The notes below the pieces were generated by a model that saw only the letters and a program-made list of their open reading frames with translations, had not been told where the DNA came from and ran no database searches. Both the position numbers and the translations under genes were made by a program. Of a stretch of DNA of 64,000 bases, positions 53,421 through 62,635 are shown one piece after another. This DNA comes from Ostreococcus lucimarinus (lineage: Eukaryota). The stretch lies in assembly GCA_000092065.1 (NCBI GenBank), contig CP000590.1; one strand, written 5' to 3'. Position 1 is the stretch's first letter. The number at the start of each line of letters is the position of its first letter.

Positions 53421-54923
53421 ATGCTCGCGCGCGCGCTCGAGCGATGCGCGCGACGACGCGCGCGCGAGGCGATTTCGCGCGCGTCGCGCGACGCGCGCGC
53501 GTCGACGCGCGCGTCGTCGTCGTCGTCGCGCGCGGGGACGTCGAACGGTGAACCAGCCGCCCCGGTGGTGCGGACGCCCATCCCGGGACCGGCGTCGCGA
53601 CGCGCCGTGGAAGCGCTCAGCGCGCACGCGGACGTGGGGTCGATACGATACTTCGTCGACGTCGACGCTTCGCGCGGGAATTACGTCGTCGACGCGGATG
53701 GGAACGCGGTGCTGGACCTGTACGCGCACATCGCGTCGCTGCCGGTGGGATACAACCACGAAAAGATGCTCGCGGCGATGCGAGACGAAGCGAACGTGGG
53801 GATTCTCGCGCACCGACCGGCGCTGGGGAATAACCCACCGATCGGATGGGACGACAGAGTGGCGCGAACGCTCATGCGAGTGGCGCCGAAAGGGTTGACG
53901 CGCGCGACGACGATGGCGTGCGGGGCGTGCGCGAACGAACACGCGATGAAGGCGGTATTCATAAGCGCGGCGAACGCGCGGCGGGGCGGACGCGAGATAA
54001 GCGAGGAAGAAAAGGTGAGCTGTCTGACGAATCAAGCGCCCGGGTCGCCGGGATTTAAAGTTTTGTCGTTCGATGGTGCGTTTCACGGACGGACGGCGGC
54101 GTGTCTGTCGCTGACGCACACAAAGTGGATTCACAAGCTTGATTTCCCGACGTTTGACTGGCCGTCGTGCCCGTTTCCGAAATTAAAGTACCCACTGGAT
54201 AAATTTGAGCGAGAAAACGCCGAAGAGGAGGCGCGGTGTCTCGCTGAAGTCGAGAAGGCGTTGACGCGAGATCGAGACGTCGTCGCGGTGATCGTCGAGC
54301 CCATGCAAGCGGAGGGCGGCGATAATCACGCGAGCGCGGATTTTTTCCGAAAGCTTCGCGCTTTGACGAAGAGAGAAAACGTCCGCATGATCGTCGATGA
54401 GGTGCAGACTGGGTGTGGATCGAGTGGGACGTTTTGGGCGCACGAAGCTTGGGGATTAGAACATCCGCCGGACATTGTGACGTTTAGCAAAAAAATGCAA
54501 ATCGCGGGATTCTACGCGGCCGCGGATCTCGCGCCCGAGCTCCCGTACCGCATCTTCAACACGTGGATGGGTGATCCAGCAAAGCTCATTCAGCTCGAGG
54601 TTGTCCTCGATTGCATAGAAGAGCATCATTTATTGGACGTCGTGAAATCCGCCGGCGAGACGCTCTTGAATGGGTTGCGCGAGTTACAGGAGAAATATCC
54701 GAGCATTCTCGCCAATGCGCGGGGCGTGGGCACGCTTGTCGCCATCGATTGCGATACATCCGCGCGCAGGGACGCGCTGTTGCACGCACTCTTGCAAAAA
54801 GGTGTCGACATCGGCGGGTGCGGCTCGGCGACCATTCGCGCGCGTCCGGGGCTCTTGTTTACTTCGGCGCACGCGGGGGTGTTTTTAGAGCGGTTCGAGC
54901 GAGTCCTCGCTGCTGAAATGTAG
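53421..54923 (+). CDS. ABAT: 4-aminobutyrate (GABA) aminotransferase, eukaryotic ABAT-type class III PLP aminotransferase, with a mitochondrial-like presequence.
   Basis: Has the class-III aminotransferase core (…MACGACANEHAMKAVFI..., MIVDEVQTGCGSSGTFWAHE..., FSKKMQIAGFY with the PLP Lys). The long N-terminal region before the core is typical of animal/fungal-type GABA-T. The first ATG is at 53421 (the ORF-track start 53388 is GTG). Confidence 0.85.
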   Translation: MLARALERCARRRAREAISRASRDARASTRASSSSSRAGTSNGEPAAPVVRTPIPGPASRRAVEALSAHADVGSIRYFVDVDASRGNYVVDADGNAVLDLYAHIASLPVGYNHEKMLAAMRDEANVGILAHRPALGNNPPIGWDDRVARTLMRVAPKGLTRATTMACGACANEHAMKAVFISAANARRGGREISEEEKVSCLTNQAPGSPGFKVLSFDGAFHGRTAACLSLTHTKWIHKLDFPTFDWPSCPFPKLKYPLDKFERENAEEEARCLAEVEKALTRDRDVVAVIVEPMQAEGGDNHASADFFRKLRALTKRENVRMIVDEVQTGCGSSGTFWAHEAWGLEHPPDIVTFSKKMQIAGFYAAADLAPELPYRIFNTWMGDPAKLIQLEVVLDCIEEHHLLDVVKSAGETLLNGLRELQEKYPSILANARGVGTLVAIDCDTSARRDALLHALLQKGVDIGGCGSATIRARPGLLFTSAHAGVFLERFERVLAAEM

Positions 54924-54938
54924 TCATTTTTATTCAAT

Positions 54939-55868
54939 CTATTGAACTCTGTAGATCATCGAACCCGTGCGCCTGGCGACGTCTTCGGGAGATTCCACCG
55001 CTTCTAAAGCCGCAAACACGGCACGCACGGTGTTGTGCGGATGGTGACTGCCGTGAATCTTCGCTTTGATGTTTTTAATACCCGCCAGCGTGCAAATCGC
55101 CTCCACGGTGTCGTTCGCCACGATCCCGTCTCCGCTCGGCGCGGGTAACATCACGCAAATCGTCTTACAGTATTTTCCCCTCACCTCGTGATAAATCGTG
55201 TGATCCTCGAAGCGTTGCACGTACGTCAACGACCTCGCCGCCTTGCGATACGCCTTATCGATCGCCATCCCCACATCCGCGCCTTTACCCGTGGCGAACC
55301 CGATGACGCCATCACCGTTCCCCACGACCACCATGGCGGTGAAATTCGTCAAATCGCCTCCCTTGGTTACCTTTGTCGTCCTGTTGACGTCGATGACGCG
55401 CGTCTGGAGCGCTCGCCGCTGGCGTCCGCCCTCGTTTTCGTCCCCACCATCTCCACCAACGTCCGCGTCCACGCGTCCTTTCAGCGCTAAATTCAGTAAG
55501 AATCGCTTTCGTTTATTCGGCGCGTTTTCGAATCGTTCGAACAGCGCCTCGTACTGTCGCCGCAGCGCCTCGTCTTCGTCTTCGTCGCCGTCCCGACCGC
55601 CTGAGCTCGAGCTCGAGCTCGCACCCGCGTCGCTCGACGCCGCGAATCCCCGTCGCGCGCCCGCGAACGCGTCACGACGGTTGTGATCACGCGTTCGCGC
55701 GTCCGCGCCGACGCCGATCGTCCGCGCGCGCGTCGTCGTGGCCGGCATCGTTCTCCCGGCTTCGAGCGACGCCGTCGCAAAGGTTGCCGACGACGACGCG
55801 CACGCGGTCGCCGCGCGCGCGCGCGCGGCGAGGGAAGTCGCGAACGTTTTCACGGCGCTGCGTGACAT
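54939..55868 (-). CDS. RPS5: Organellar (mitochondrial or plastid) 30S ribosomal protein uS5 (bacterial type) with an N-terminal targeting extension.
   Basis: The C-terminal domain VTKGGDLTNFTAMVVVGNGDGVIGFATGKGADVGMAIDKAYRKAA...GIVANDTVEAICTLAGIKNIKAKIHGSHHPHNTVRAVF matches bacterial-type S5. The first ATG is at 55866..55868 (the ORF-track start 55988 is TTG). Confidence 0.8.
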   Translation of the reverse strand: MSRSAVKTFATSLAARARAATACASSSATFATASLEAGRTMPATTTRARTIGVGADARTRDHNRRDAFAGARRGFAASSDAGASSSSSSGGRDGDEDEDEALRRQYEALFERFENAPNKRKRFLLNLALKGRVDADVGGDGGDENEGGRQRRALQTRVIDVNRTTKVTKGGDLTNFTAMVVVGNGDGVIGFATGKGADVGMAIDKAYRKAARSLTYVQRFEDHTIYHEVRGKYCKTICVMLPAPSGDGIVANDTVEAICTLAGIKNIKAKIHGSHHPHNTVRAVFAALEAVESPEDVARRTGSMIYRVQ

Positions 55869-56004
55869 CGTTCGAGCGCGCGCGCGGGGCAGCGCGCCGT
55901 CGAGTGCGGCGCGATCGAGAATGAAGGGTTTTTTGAAGCCTTGGCGCGACGCGCGGCTCGACGATGTTACAAGAAGAATAAGAATCAAGTGCTGGTGTGA
56001 GACG

Positions 56005-57723
56005 TCACGGAGCGAGAAGCTCGGACGCGAGGAAGTTGACGAAAGCGCGGGTGTCGTAATGCGCGACTTTGGCGCCGCTGGGGGATGGGACGGGGATGGA
56101 ATCGCACTCGTGAACGGCGACGCCCATCGCGGCGAGCGCGTCGACGTCGACGGTGATGCCTCCGTTCTTGGGGTATACGACGTCGGTGATCAGTTCTTTG
56201 ACGTCAAAGTTGGTTTCAGCGGCGGTGTAACGCATGTTGACGGCATCGACGACGGCGCGAACGATTTCGCTGGCTGTCATCGTGCCAGTCTCGCGATCGA
56301 GCGAACCGTTGAGCATGAGAAGTTTTTTGGATGTGGAGCTCGCGATGCATTGCGCCATGCCTTTCAGGCCGACGTTGGGGATGATTGAGGTATAGAGCGA
56401 GCCCATACCGTACAAGATGGCGTCGCAATCCGTGATGTTTTCCAGCACCGTGGGGTTCGGTTTTGGCTGCACCTCAAAGTTGTCGTCCGCCGGATCGAGA
56501 CTCGAGGCGTAAAAGACGCGCTTGATGGGCGACTCCAACGGATCATACGCGGTGACGACTTTATCGACGTCCCAAACACTTAAAGGCGTGTCGGCGATGT
56601 CGACGAAGCGCGACTTCAACAGTTCGCCGGCGTCGATGAGGCTGCCGCTCGCGAGCGCCGAGCGCACGCTCTTGAAACCTCCCGAACTTTGTTGCAACCC
56701 GCCCCACATCTCGTGCGCCTCCGTCTTCGGCACTTCGCCCAATTCCAGAACTTTCGTCCAAAATTCTTTGCTCACGACGTCCGGGCTCTTGCGCGCGGAT
56801 GACGATGACATGGAGACTTCCTTTGAAAACTTTTTGCTGTCGATGGACGGGTGTGAAATTTCATTCTGCCCGCGGAGAATCGTCCCGTTCATGAGCTCAG
56901 CCGCGAGATTTACGCGCTCGTTTTCCTTGTGCAAAAGGCACGGCACGATGTGCGTGTCGTCTGGAATGCGACTGACGCGAGAGTACAAGAAAATGGCCGC
57001 ATCCATCGAGCGAAAGAATAGTCGCGCGCCGGCGAAGAAGAAGTTTCCGATTGACCCGTTGACGAAATCAAACCTCTCCTTGATCGGCTTGGACGTCACT
57101 TCTTGATGAAAGTGCACCAAGAACCGGCGAATGATGTTCGCGTAGTCCTGTCCGATGCCTTCCCACAGCTCGTGATCGCCCTCTTGAATCTTGTACCACT
57201 CGTCTCGAGCGAGCGCGCTATCCGTCGGATGCAGACGGTGCCCGAGCAGCGCCTTGACCGCCACCGCCTCGGGCGTGGACTCATCCGTCACCCTCAGACA
57301 CCGCGATCGCAGATCACCCACCGCGGGCCCACCCAACACGCGCACGATCTCGCTCGTGGACCCACCGTTATCGCTCACGGGTATCACGTGCGTCACCTTT
57401 TGCGTCAACTCGCTCAGCTCCACCGCGATCACGTTCATCGCCGTCCCTCCCGAAAACACCACCACCTTTGGCGCCGAATCCGCGCGCGCCTCGAAATCGT
57501 TCACTCGCACCGCGACTCGCCTCTCGCCGCGTCCCTCGCGCGTCTCCGTCTCCGTCTCCGTCTCCGTCTCCGTCGCCGCCGCGTCGCCGTCGTTCCGCGT
57601 ATCCACCACCGACGCCCGTCCCCGCGCGCATCTCCCCCCCCTCCCGCGCGCCCGCGTTTCACCACCGCGCGCGCGCCGTCTCGCGACCGTCGCGCCTCTC
57701 CCCATCACCGCGCCGCGCGCCAT
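56005..57723 (-). CDS. UPF0052 / CofD-YvcK-like domain protein (eukaryotic homologue of the 2-phospho-L-lactate transferase / gluconeogenesis-factor fold). The N-terminus contains a (TE)5 repeat.
   Basis: KVVVFSGGTAMNVIAVEL...VIPVSDNGGSTSEIVRVLGGPAVGDLRSRCL matches the CofD/YvcK signature (GGGTG...DDGGSSG...PGDIRN). The N-terminal TETETETETE is encoded by the (TCCGTC)5 microsatellite. Confidence 0.7.
   Translation of the reverse strand: MARGAVMGRGATVARRRARGGETRARGRGGRCARGRASVVDTRNDGDAAATETETETETETREGRGERRVAVRVNDFEARADSAPKVVVFSGGTAMNVIAVELSELTQKVTHVIPVSDNGGSTSEIVRVLGGPAVGDLRSRCLRVTDESTPEAVAVKALLGHRLHPTDSALARDEWYKIQEGDHELWEGIGQDYANIIRRFLVHFHQEVTSKPIKERFDFVNGSIGNFFFAGARLFFRSMDAAIFLYSRVSRIPDDTHIVPCLLHKENERVNLAAELMNGTILRGQNEISHPSIDSKKFSKEVSMSSSSARKSPDVVSKEFWTKVLELGEVPKTEAHEMWGGLQQSSGGFKSVRSALASGSLIDAGELLKSRFVDIADTPLSVWDVDKVVTAYDPLESPIKRVFYASSLDPADDNFEVQPKPNPTVLENITDCDAILYGMGSLYTSIIPNVGLKGMAQCIASSTSKKLLMLNGSLDRETGTMTASEIVRAVVDAVNMRYTAAETNFDVKELITDVVYPKNGGITVDVDALAAMGVAVHECDSIPVPSPSGAKVAHYDTRAFVNFLASELLAP
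57541..57574. repeat. (CGTCTC)5 hexanucleotide microsatellite inside the UPF0052 CDS. It encodes (Thr-Glu)5 on the minus strand.
   Basis: Direct inspection: cgtctccgtctccgtctccgtctccgtctccgtc. Confidence 0.9.
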
Positions 57724-58044
57724 CGCGCCGCCCCGCGCCCGCCCGCGAATCCCCGCGCGTCGTCGATGAATCCCGTCTCCGTCGCGTCACCGTCGTCCCG
57801 ACGACGTCGCCGCGCGCCCCGTTCGACGTCCCGCGTCGTCCCGCGTCGTCCCGCGTCCGCGTCGCGACGCCGTCGTCCGCGCGGTCGCCGCCGCGTCGAC
57901 GATTGATGATTCATTCGCGATTCGCATCCATCGCGCGACCCGTAAGTTTCGCGAAATCACGCGCGCTCAGAGCCGAAATCATCCCTAGGGTTCGGGCGAC
58001 GCCGCGCGACGCCCTCGATTGCGCGTCGCGGCGACGACGCGACG

Positions 58045-58749
58045 ATGAGCGACGACGACGCCGGGTGGGACGACGACGACTACGAGGTCCCCGACCTGAC
58101 GCGCGTCGGAATCAGAGCAGCCGCGACCGAGGACAAGTTCGCGGACGAGGACGCGGAGACGGCGGAGGAGGTCGCGGCGCGCGAGGCGAAGGCGAGGGCG
58201 GACGCCCAGGCGCGCGCGGCGCAGAGCGCGCGGACGAAGGCGAAGGCGGCGGTGAAGACGCGCGTGGCGTACGACGACGACGCGCTGGACGATCCGGTGG
58301 CGGAGAAGGCGCGACGACAGCGGTTGGTGGAGGAGGCGGATTTGAGGGCGGCGCGCGAGCTCTTCGGCGACGCGGAGGTGAAGTTGGACGAGTTCGAACC
58401 GAAGAGTAAGGGGGAGTTTGAGAAGTTTGGGAGCGCGATCGCGTATAAATACTTGACGTCGAGGAGTGAGAGTGGGTTTTACACCGCGGGGTTGAAGGCG
58501 CTGTTGAGAGTGGCGATGCGGGACTTGACGGCGGCGGAGGCGAAGGACGTGGAGACGCAGGTGGTGGCGACGCGCACGGAAAAGGTGAAGAAGGAGAAGT
58601 CCGACGCCGAGGCGGCGAAAAAACTCGCGAGTGGGTCGAAGAAGGGTAAGGGCAAATTCTTGAACGCCGGGTCCAAGGGCGGGGACTCGGGCTTGGACGA
58701 TTACAAGTACGACGTCGCGAGTCCGGACGACGATTACGATTTCATGTGA
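58045..58749 (+). CDS. EIF3J: Eukaryotic translation initiation factor 3 subunit J (eIF3j / Hcr1).
   Basis: An acidic N-terminus with WDDDDYE, a central Lys/Ala/Glu-rich helical region and a C-terminal ...DDYKYDVASPDDDYDFM tail are characteristic of eIF3j (human ends ...DDYDDFM). Confidence 0.75.
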   Translation: MSDDDAGWDDDDYEVPDLTRVGIRAAATEDKFADEDAETAEEVAAREAKARADAQARAAQSARTKAKAAVKTRVAYDDDALDDPVAEKARRQRLVEEADLRAARELFGDAEVKLDEFEPKSKGEFEKFGSAIAYKYLTSRSESGFYTAGLKALLRVAMRDLTAAEAKDVETQVVATRTEKVKKEKSDAEAAKKLASGSKKGKGKFLNAGSKGGDSGLDDYKYDVASPDDDYDFM

Positions 58750-58837
58750 TCGCGCCGCTCGCCGACGATGAACGCGGACGAACACTGGAATATACACACG
58801 AATATATTACACACACACGCGCATCTAGTATAGTATG

Positions 58838-61804
58838 CTATATCGCCTCTCCGAACGCGACGTTCCAATGAACGTCGAGCGCCCGCGCGCGTTTCGTCGA
58901 CTCGTTCGCCTCGAGCGCCGACGCTTTGTTTTGAATCGATCGGACGACGTCGCGCAACTCGTCTTTGGAAATTTCAATCGAACCGGCGGCGGTTTCCGTG
59001 ATCAACTTGCTCACGAAAGCCAACGCGCGATCGGTGAGCGCGGCGGAAGATTCGGAAGACGCGACGACCGCGCTCGCGACGGGACCAGGCGTCGTCGAAG
59101 GCGCGGCGCGCAACGCTCGCCACGCGACGTCGACGTCAACGCCATCGCCGTCTTCAGCGCGCAAGATGAACCAAGCGAACATCTCTGGAATGGCGCCGGA
59201 AACGTTATCGTCATCGATCGATTGACCCGATTGACCCGACACCGATCTTGCGAATTCAGCCGTGCTCGCGATGAGCGCGACGAACCCGCTCGCCGTTCGC
59301 GTGGCGCCGTCGACGTCGCCCTTTTCCACTCGACTGCTCCACATGTGCTTGAGCGTCACACTGGCGAGAGATGCCCCGGTCCACGGCGCGTCGGCATCAC
59401 TAAGCGCTACTAAAGCGGCCGCCGCGCTCGGAATCGCTCGACGAGCGATGAGCCAGGATTTCTGTTCCACCGTCGCGACGTCGCGCTTGCTCGACTTGTC
59501 GAGAAATTTCACCCCGGCGGCGCCGACGAGTAGAGTGGCGTAGAACGACATCGTTAACTCTAAAGGCGCCGCCAGCGCGTTGGCTTGCATGGCCTCGATA
59601 GCGATGACGCAAAGTTCTTCATTCACGCGGTCAACGTCCAGACACATCTTGGCCAACGCCCGAATCATCGGCGGCGTGAGCGTCGGCAAGACGCCTACGA
59701 GACGCACCGCCGCACACTGCGACGGGAACGGAAGGCGGGCGAACGGACCGGGTCTCGATTTCGCGCCTTCGGGTGACCCCGCGGGTGGAACCATGAAGAA
59801 AAGCACCGCCATTTCTGCCTCGCACGTCGATAAGACGTCAGCCAACGGCGATCCCGGAGGATTTCTCGCCGCGACGTCGTGTAGCAACGACAGCAACTTT
59901 TGCGTCGCAGAGGGGTTTTCATGCTTGAACGCCCACAGTACGCGAGGAATGTGACGCACCCATCCCGCAGCGGTTTCGATCGGCACGCGAAAGTACCCTT
60001 GTCGCGCTTCTTCAGGCAAAGTTTCCGTCAACAAAGCGACGCATTGCGTGATGCGTTCGATGTCTTCATCCGCCACGGCGCGCTCCCAAGTCTCCGTCAC
60101 GGCGACGAGAAGATCTGCACACGCGCTACCCGTGATGCTCGCACTGAAACACCACGCCGGTAAAGTAAGTGCGTCACGCGCGAGCGCCAAGACGTCCCCG
60201 TACGCGTCATCCGGCGTCGGCACGTCTTCGCCCATGGCGCCGCCGTCGAGGGCGACGCCCCGCAGCGTCGACGTGACGTATTGCAAAGCGCGCGCGAGAA
60301 CGTGCGGAAGCGCATCCATCACTCCTGGCGCTAAATGCTGCGCGAGTGCTTCGTGAGCAACCGATGAGGACGCGTCGAGCAAGAACCGACACGTCTCGAA
60401 ATTCAAATCCACCATCGCCTCGCGCGTTCGCGAGATGTCTTGCTTCTCCGCCACGCTCGCCGGCGACGTCGATGGGAACATGCCGAGAGTACGCCGCGCG
60501 ATTTCCGGAACGACACTCACCGCAGTCGATGCACTATCAGTGTTTTCGAGCATCTCCGATTCTTCCGCACCGTCGGCGAGGCTGAGCGCTAACCGAGCGC
60601 ACGCCATGGATTGCGCCATTACTCGAACGCGATCAACGTCGACGCCTCTCTCATCCGTAAACGTCTGCGCTGCGTCGTCCCAGACGCACATCGCCAACTC
60701 TACAAGGCGTTTGGCGTTCACGCGCACCGCAGCACGACTTTCACCGGTGATTCGTCCCCCGGAATCTTCAGATTCGTCGTTGGACGCCGTCGTCGCCGCG
60801 AGCACGCTCGGCGGCGCTTGGCGCGATCTTTCCGCATACATCGATCCGATAGAGCGCGTGGCGGCGCCGCGGCGCGCCTCTTCTCCCCAAACGAACGTCG
60901 TCGTCATCGACGAGGTCGACGAAAGACCACCGCGATCGCCGTCCGTCGTGCCTACGCCCTCTGCGAGCGTCTCCAAAAAGCGCCTACAACTTCGCAATAG
61001 CGCCAATCGCGTCGCGGGCTTTTGCGATCCGACGCCACGCTGCACGGACGACCCCGAACCGACGCCACCGTCGTCTCCGCGCCGCAAGAGCTCGCCCAAG
61101 TGCCCCAGCGTGCTCGCCGGCGCGTGCGCCGCCACGAGCGTCGGCGCCGCCTCCAACAGCGCGTCCAGCGCCGCGGGCGCGTCCCTCCGTACATCGTCCG
61201 CCACGTGCGTCAGCGCCGCCCCCGCGTACAAAATCAACGTTTTCGCAAACGGCGCCAGCCCCTCCACCCCTAACGCCGGCACCACGCCTCGCCCCAGGCA
61301 CTCCCTCGCCGCTCGTCTCGCCTCTCTCGCTTCGTCCGCCAACCGTTCGCCCACGCGTTCGATCGCGTCCCCCGCCCTCGCTCGCACCGCGCCCGGATAC
61401 CTCTCGCACACCTCCAACAACCCATTCAACCCATCGCATCGCGTCTTCGCCGCGTAGTGTCCGCACTGATTCAACAGTTCGTTCAGCGGCGTCCCTCGCG
61501 CGCTCGCCGCGTCCTCGTCCCGCGTCCCCTCACCGCTCGTCCCCGCCCCCGCGCTCTGCAAATTCTGCGCCGCGAGCCGTATGCGCTTGCTCCGCACCGC
61601 GCTGTCCGTCTCGTTCGCGTGTTTCGCCACCTTTCGACCGACTTTCAGGCGTTTCTTCGCGAACTCCACGCCGCCGCCGAGCGTCTTCCCGGTGCGATGC
61701 TTCGTCGGCCCGCTCGTGAACCCGACGCCGCGCCTCGGCTTGGTCGCCGGCGCGGACGACGCGGCGGACGACCGCGCGACGGCGCGCGCCTTGGCCTTGC
61801 CCAT
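58838..61804 (-). CDS. TEX10: TEX10 / Ipi1-family pre-rRNA processing protein (Rix1-complex component), about 988 aa, HEAT/ARM-like.
   Basis: From MGKAKARAV... the N-terminus has the Ipi1_N pattern (GVGFTSGPTKHRTGKTLGGGVEFAKKRLKVGRKV...SAVRSKRIRLAAQNL...LNELLNQCGHYAAKTRCDGLNGLLEVCERYP), comparable to TEX10 (FQKVKLKVGKKKPK...TKTIHLPEQL...[28 protein letters not shown]). The remainder is helical-repeat-like. The ATG is at 61802..61804 in a CCATGG context. The upstream 135 codons of the ORF are low complexity. Confidence 0.65.
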   Translation of the reverse strand: MGKAKARAVARSSAASSAPATKPRRGVGFTSGPTKHRTGKTLGGGVEFAKKRLKVGRKVAKHANETDSAVRSKRIRLAAQNLQSAGAGTSGEGTRDEDAASARGTPLNELLNQCGHYAAKTRCDGLNGLLEVCERYPGAVRARAGDAIERVGERLADEAREARRAARECLGRGVVPALGVEGLAPFAKTLILYAGAALTHVADDVRRDAPAALDALLEAAPTLVAAHAPASTLGHLGELLRRGDDGGVGSGSSVQRGVGSQKPATRLALLRSCRRFLETLAEGVGTTDGDRGGLSSTSSMTTTFVWGEEARRGAATRSIGSMYAERSRQAPPSVLAATTASNDESEDSGGRITGESRAAVRVNAKRLVELAMCVWDDAAQTFTDERGVDVDRVRVMAQSMACARLALSLADGAEESEMLENTDSASTAVSVVPEIARRTLGMFPSTSPASVAEKQDISRTREAMVDLNFETCRFLLDASSSVAHEALAQHLAPGVMDALPHVLARALQYVTSTLRGVALDGGAMGEDVPTPDDAYGDVLALARDALTLPAWCFSASITGSACADLLVAVTETWERAVADEDIERITQCVALLTETLPEEARQGYFRVPIETAAGWVRHIPRVLWAFKHENPSATQKLLSLLHDVAARNPPGSPLADVLSTCEAEMAVLFFMVPPAGSPEGAKSRPGPFARLPFPSQCAAVRLVGVLPTLTPPMIRALAKMCLDVDRVNEELCVIAIEAMQANALAAPLELTMSFYATLLVGAAGVKFLDKSSKRDVATVEQKSWLIARRAIPSAAAALVALSDADAPWTGASLASVTLKHMWSSRVEKGDVDGATRTASGFVALIASTAEFARSVSGQSGQSIDDDNVSGAIPEMFAWFILRAEDGDGVDVDVAWRALRAAPSTTPGPVASAVVASSESSAALTDRALAFVSKLITETAAGSIEISKDELRDVVRSIQNKASALEANESTKRARALDVHWNVAFGEAI

Positions 61805-61889
61805 GGCGCGCGCTCGCGCGACGCGACGCGACGCGCTGTGTCGCGTCGACACACCCGCGCGCGAACCGACGCGTGCCGACGACGACGGG

Positions 61890-61908
61890 ATGACGACGCT
61901 CGCGCGCG

Positions 61909-61941
<33 letters not shown>

Positions 61942-62456
61942 TCGACGCGCGGCGAAGGACGCGCGCGCGACGCGTCGTCGCGCGCGCGGGACGATCGATG
62001 GTTGACGAACGCGACGAAACGATCGCGACGGCGAAGAGCCGACGCGCGGCGGTCCTGAGCGTCGGCGCGGCGCTGCTCGCGATGCCGGTGGCGGTGAACA
62101 CGCCGCGGGCGCGCGCGGTCGTCGCGCCGGAGTTCGTGGAGGAGACGATGGAGGTGATCGACATGACGCGCGCGCTGCTGCGAGGCGAAAAGACGGACGA
62201 GGCGTTCATCGATGAATTTCAAACGAAACGCCGCGCGTGGTTCGCGAAGTATCAGTACCATCACGGAAAGTCGTTTTATGGGTACGCGAACGCGTGGAAC
62301 GCGCAGGCGAAGGTTGGGGTGCAAATCGCGGTGAACCGAGAGAACGGGGTGCCGTACGATTCGGAGCACACGGCGTATAACAAGGATTATTTGCTTTCGA
62401 TTTTAGATAAAGCGGAGGCGGAGTTGTTCGACATGCAAAAGCGCAATGGGTTTTAG
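61890..62456 (+). CDS. Putative thylakoid-lumen protein with a bipartite transit peptide (Thr-rich stromal-targeting part plus a twin-arginine signal). The mature domain of about 115 aa has unknown function.
   Basis: KSRRAAVLSVGAALLAMPVAVNTPRARA|VVAPEF... has the RR motif, a hydrophobic core and an AxA site. The mature part (…EAFIDEFQTKRRAWFAKYQYHHGKSFYGYANAWNAQAKVGVQIAVNRENGVPYDSEHTAYNKDYLLSILDKAEAELFDM…) is compositionally normal. An alternative in-frame ATG at 61803 overlaps the TEX10 start palindrome. Confidence 0.55.
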
Positions 62457-62635
62457 GCGAAACGCGTCGCTCGAGCGAGCGATCGCGAGGACGGGCACGA
62501 CACTAAATAAGATTTGTTATTCAATTTCTTCGCTGCGATTTCGACGCCTTATCCGCTCGCGCGGCGTCGCGCGGCGACGAATGATCGCCGCGCACACGAC
62601 ACCGCGACGCGACGAACGCTTAACCGCAGCACTCA

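Noticed and set aside
53217-54134. 305-aa minus ORF antisense to the GABA-transaminase 5' half
   Set aside because: Arg-rich low complexity opposite a strongly homology-supported CDS.
61530-62369. 279-aa minus ORF antisense to the lumen-protein gene, upstream of TEX10
   Set aside because: Arg-rich and poly-Arg, with no ATG-proximal domain. TEX10 starts convincingly at MGKAKAR (61804).
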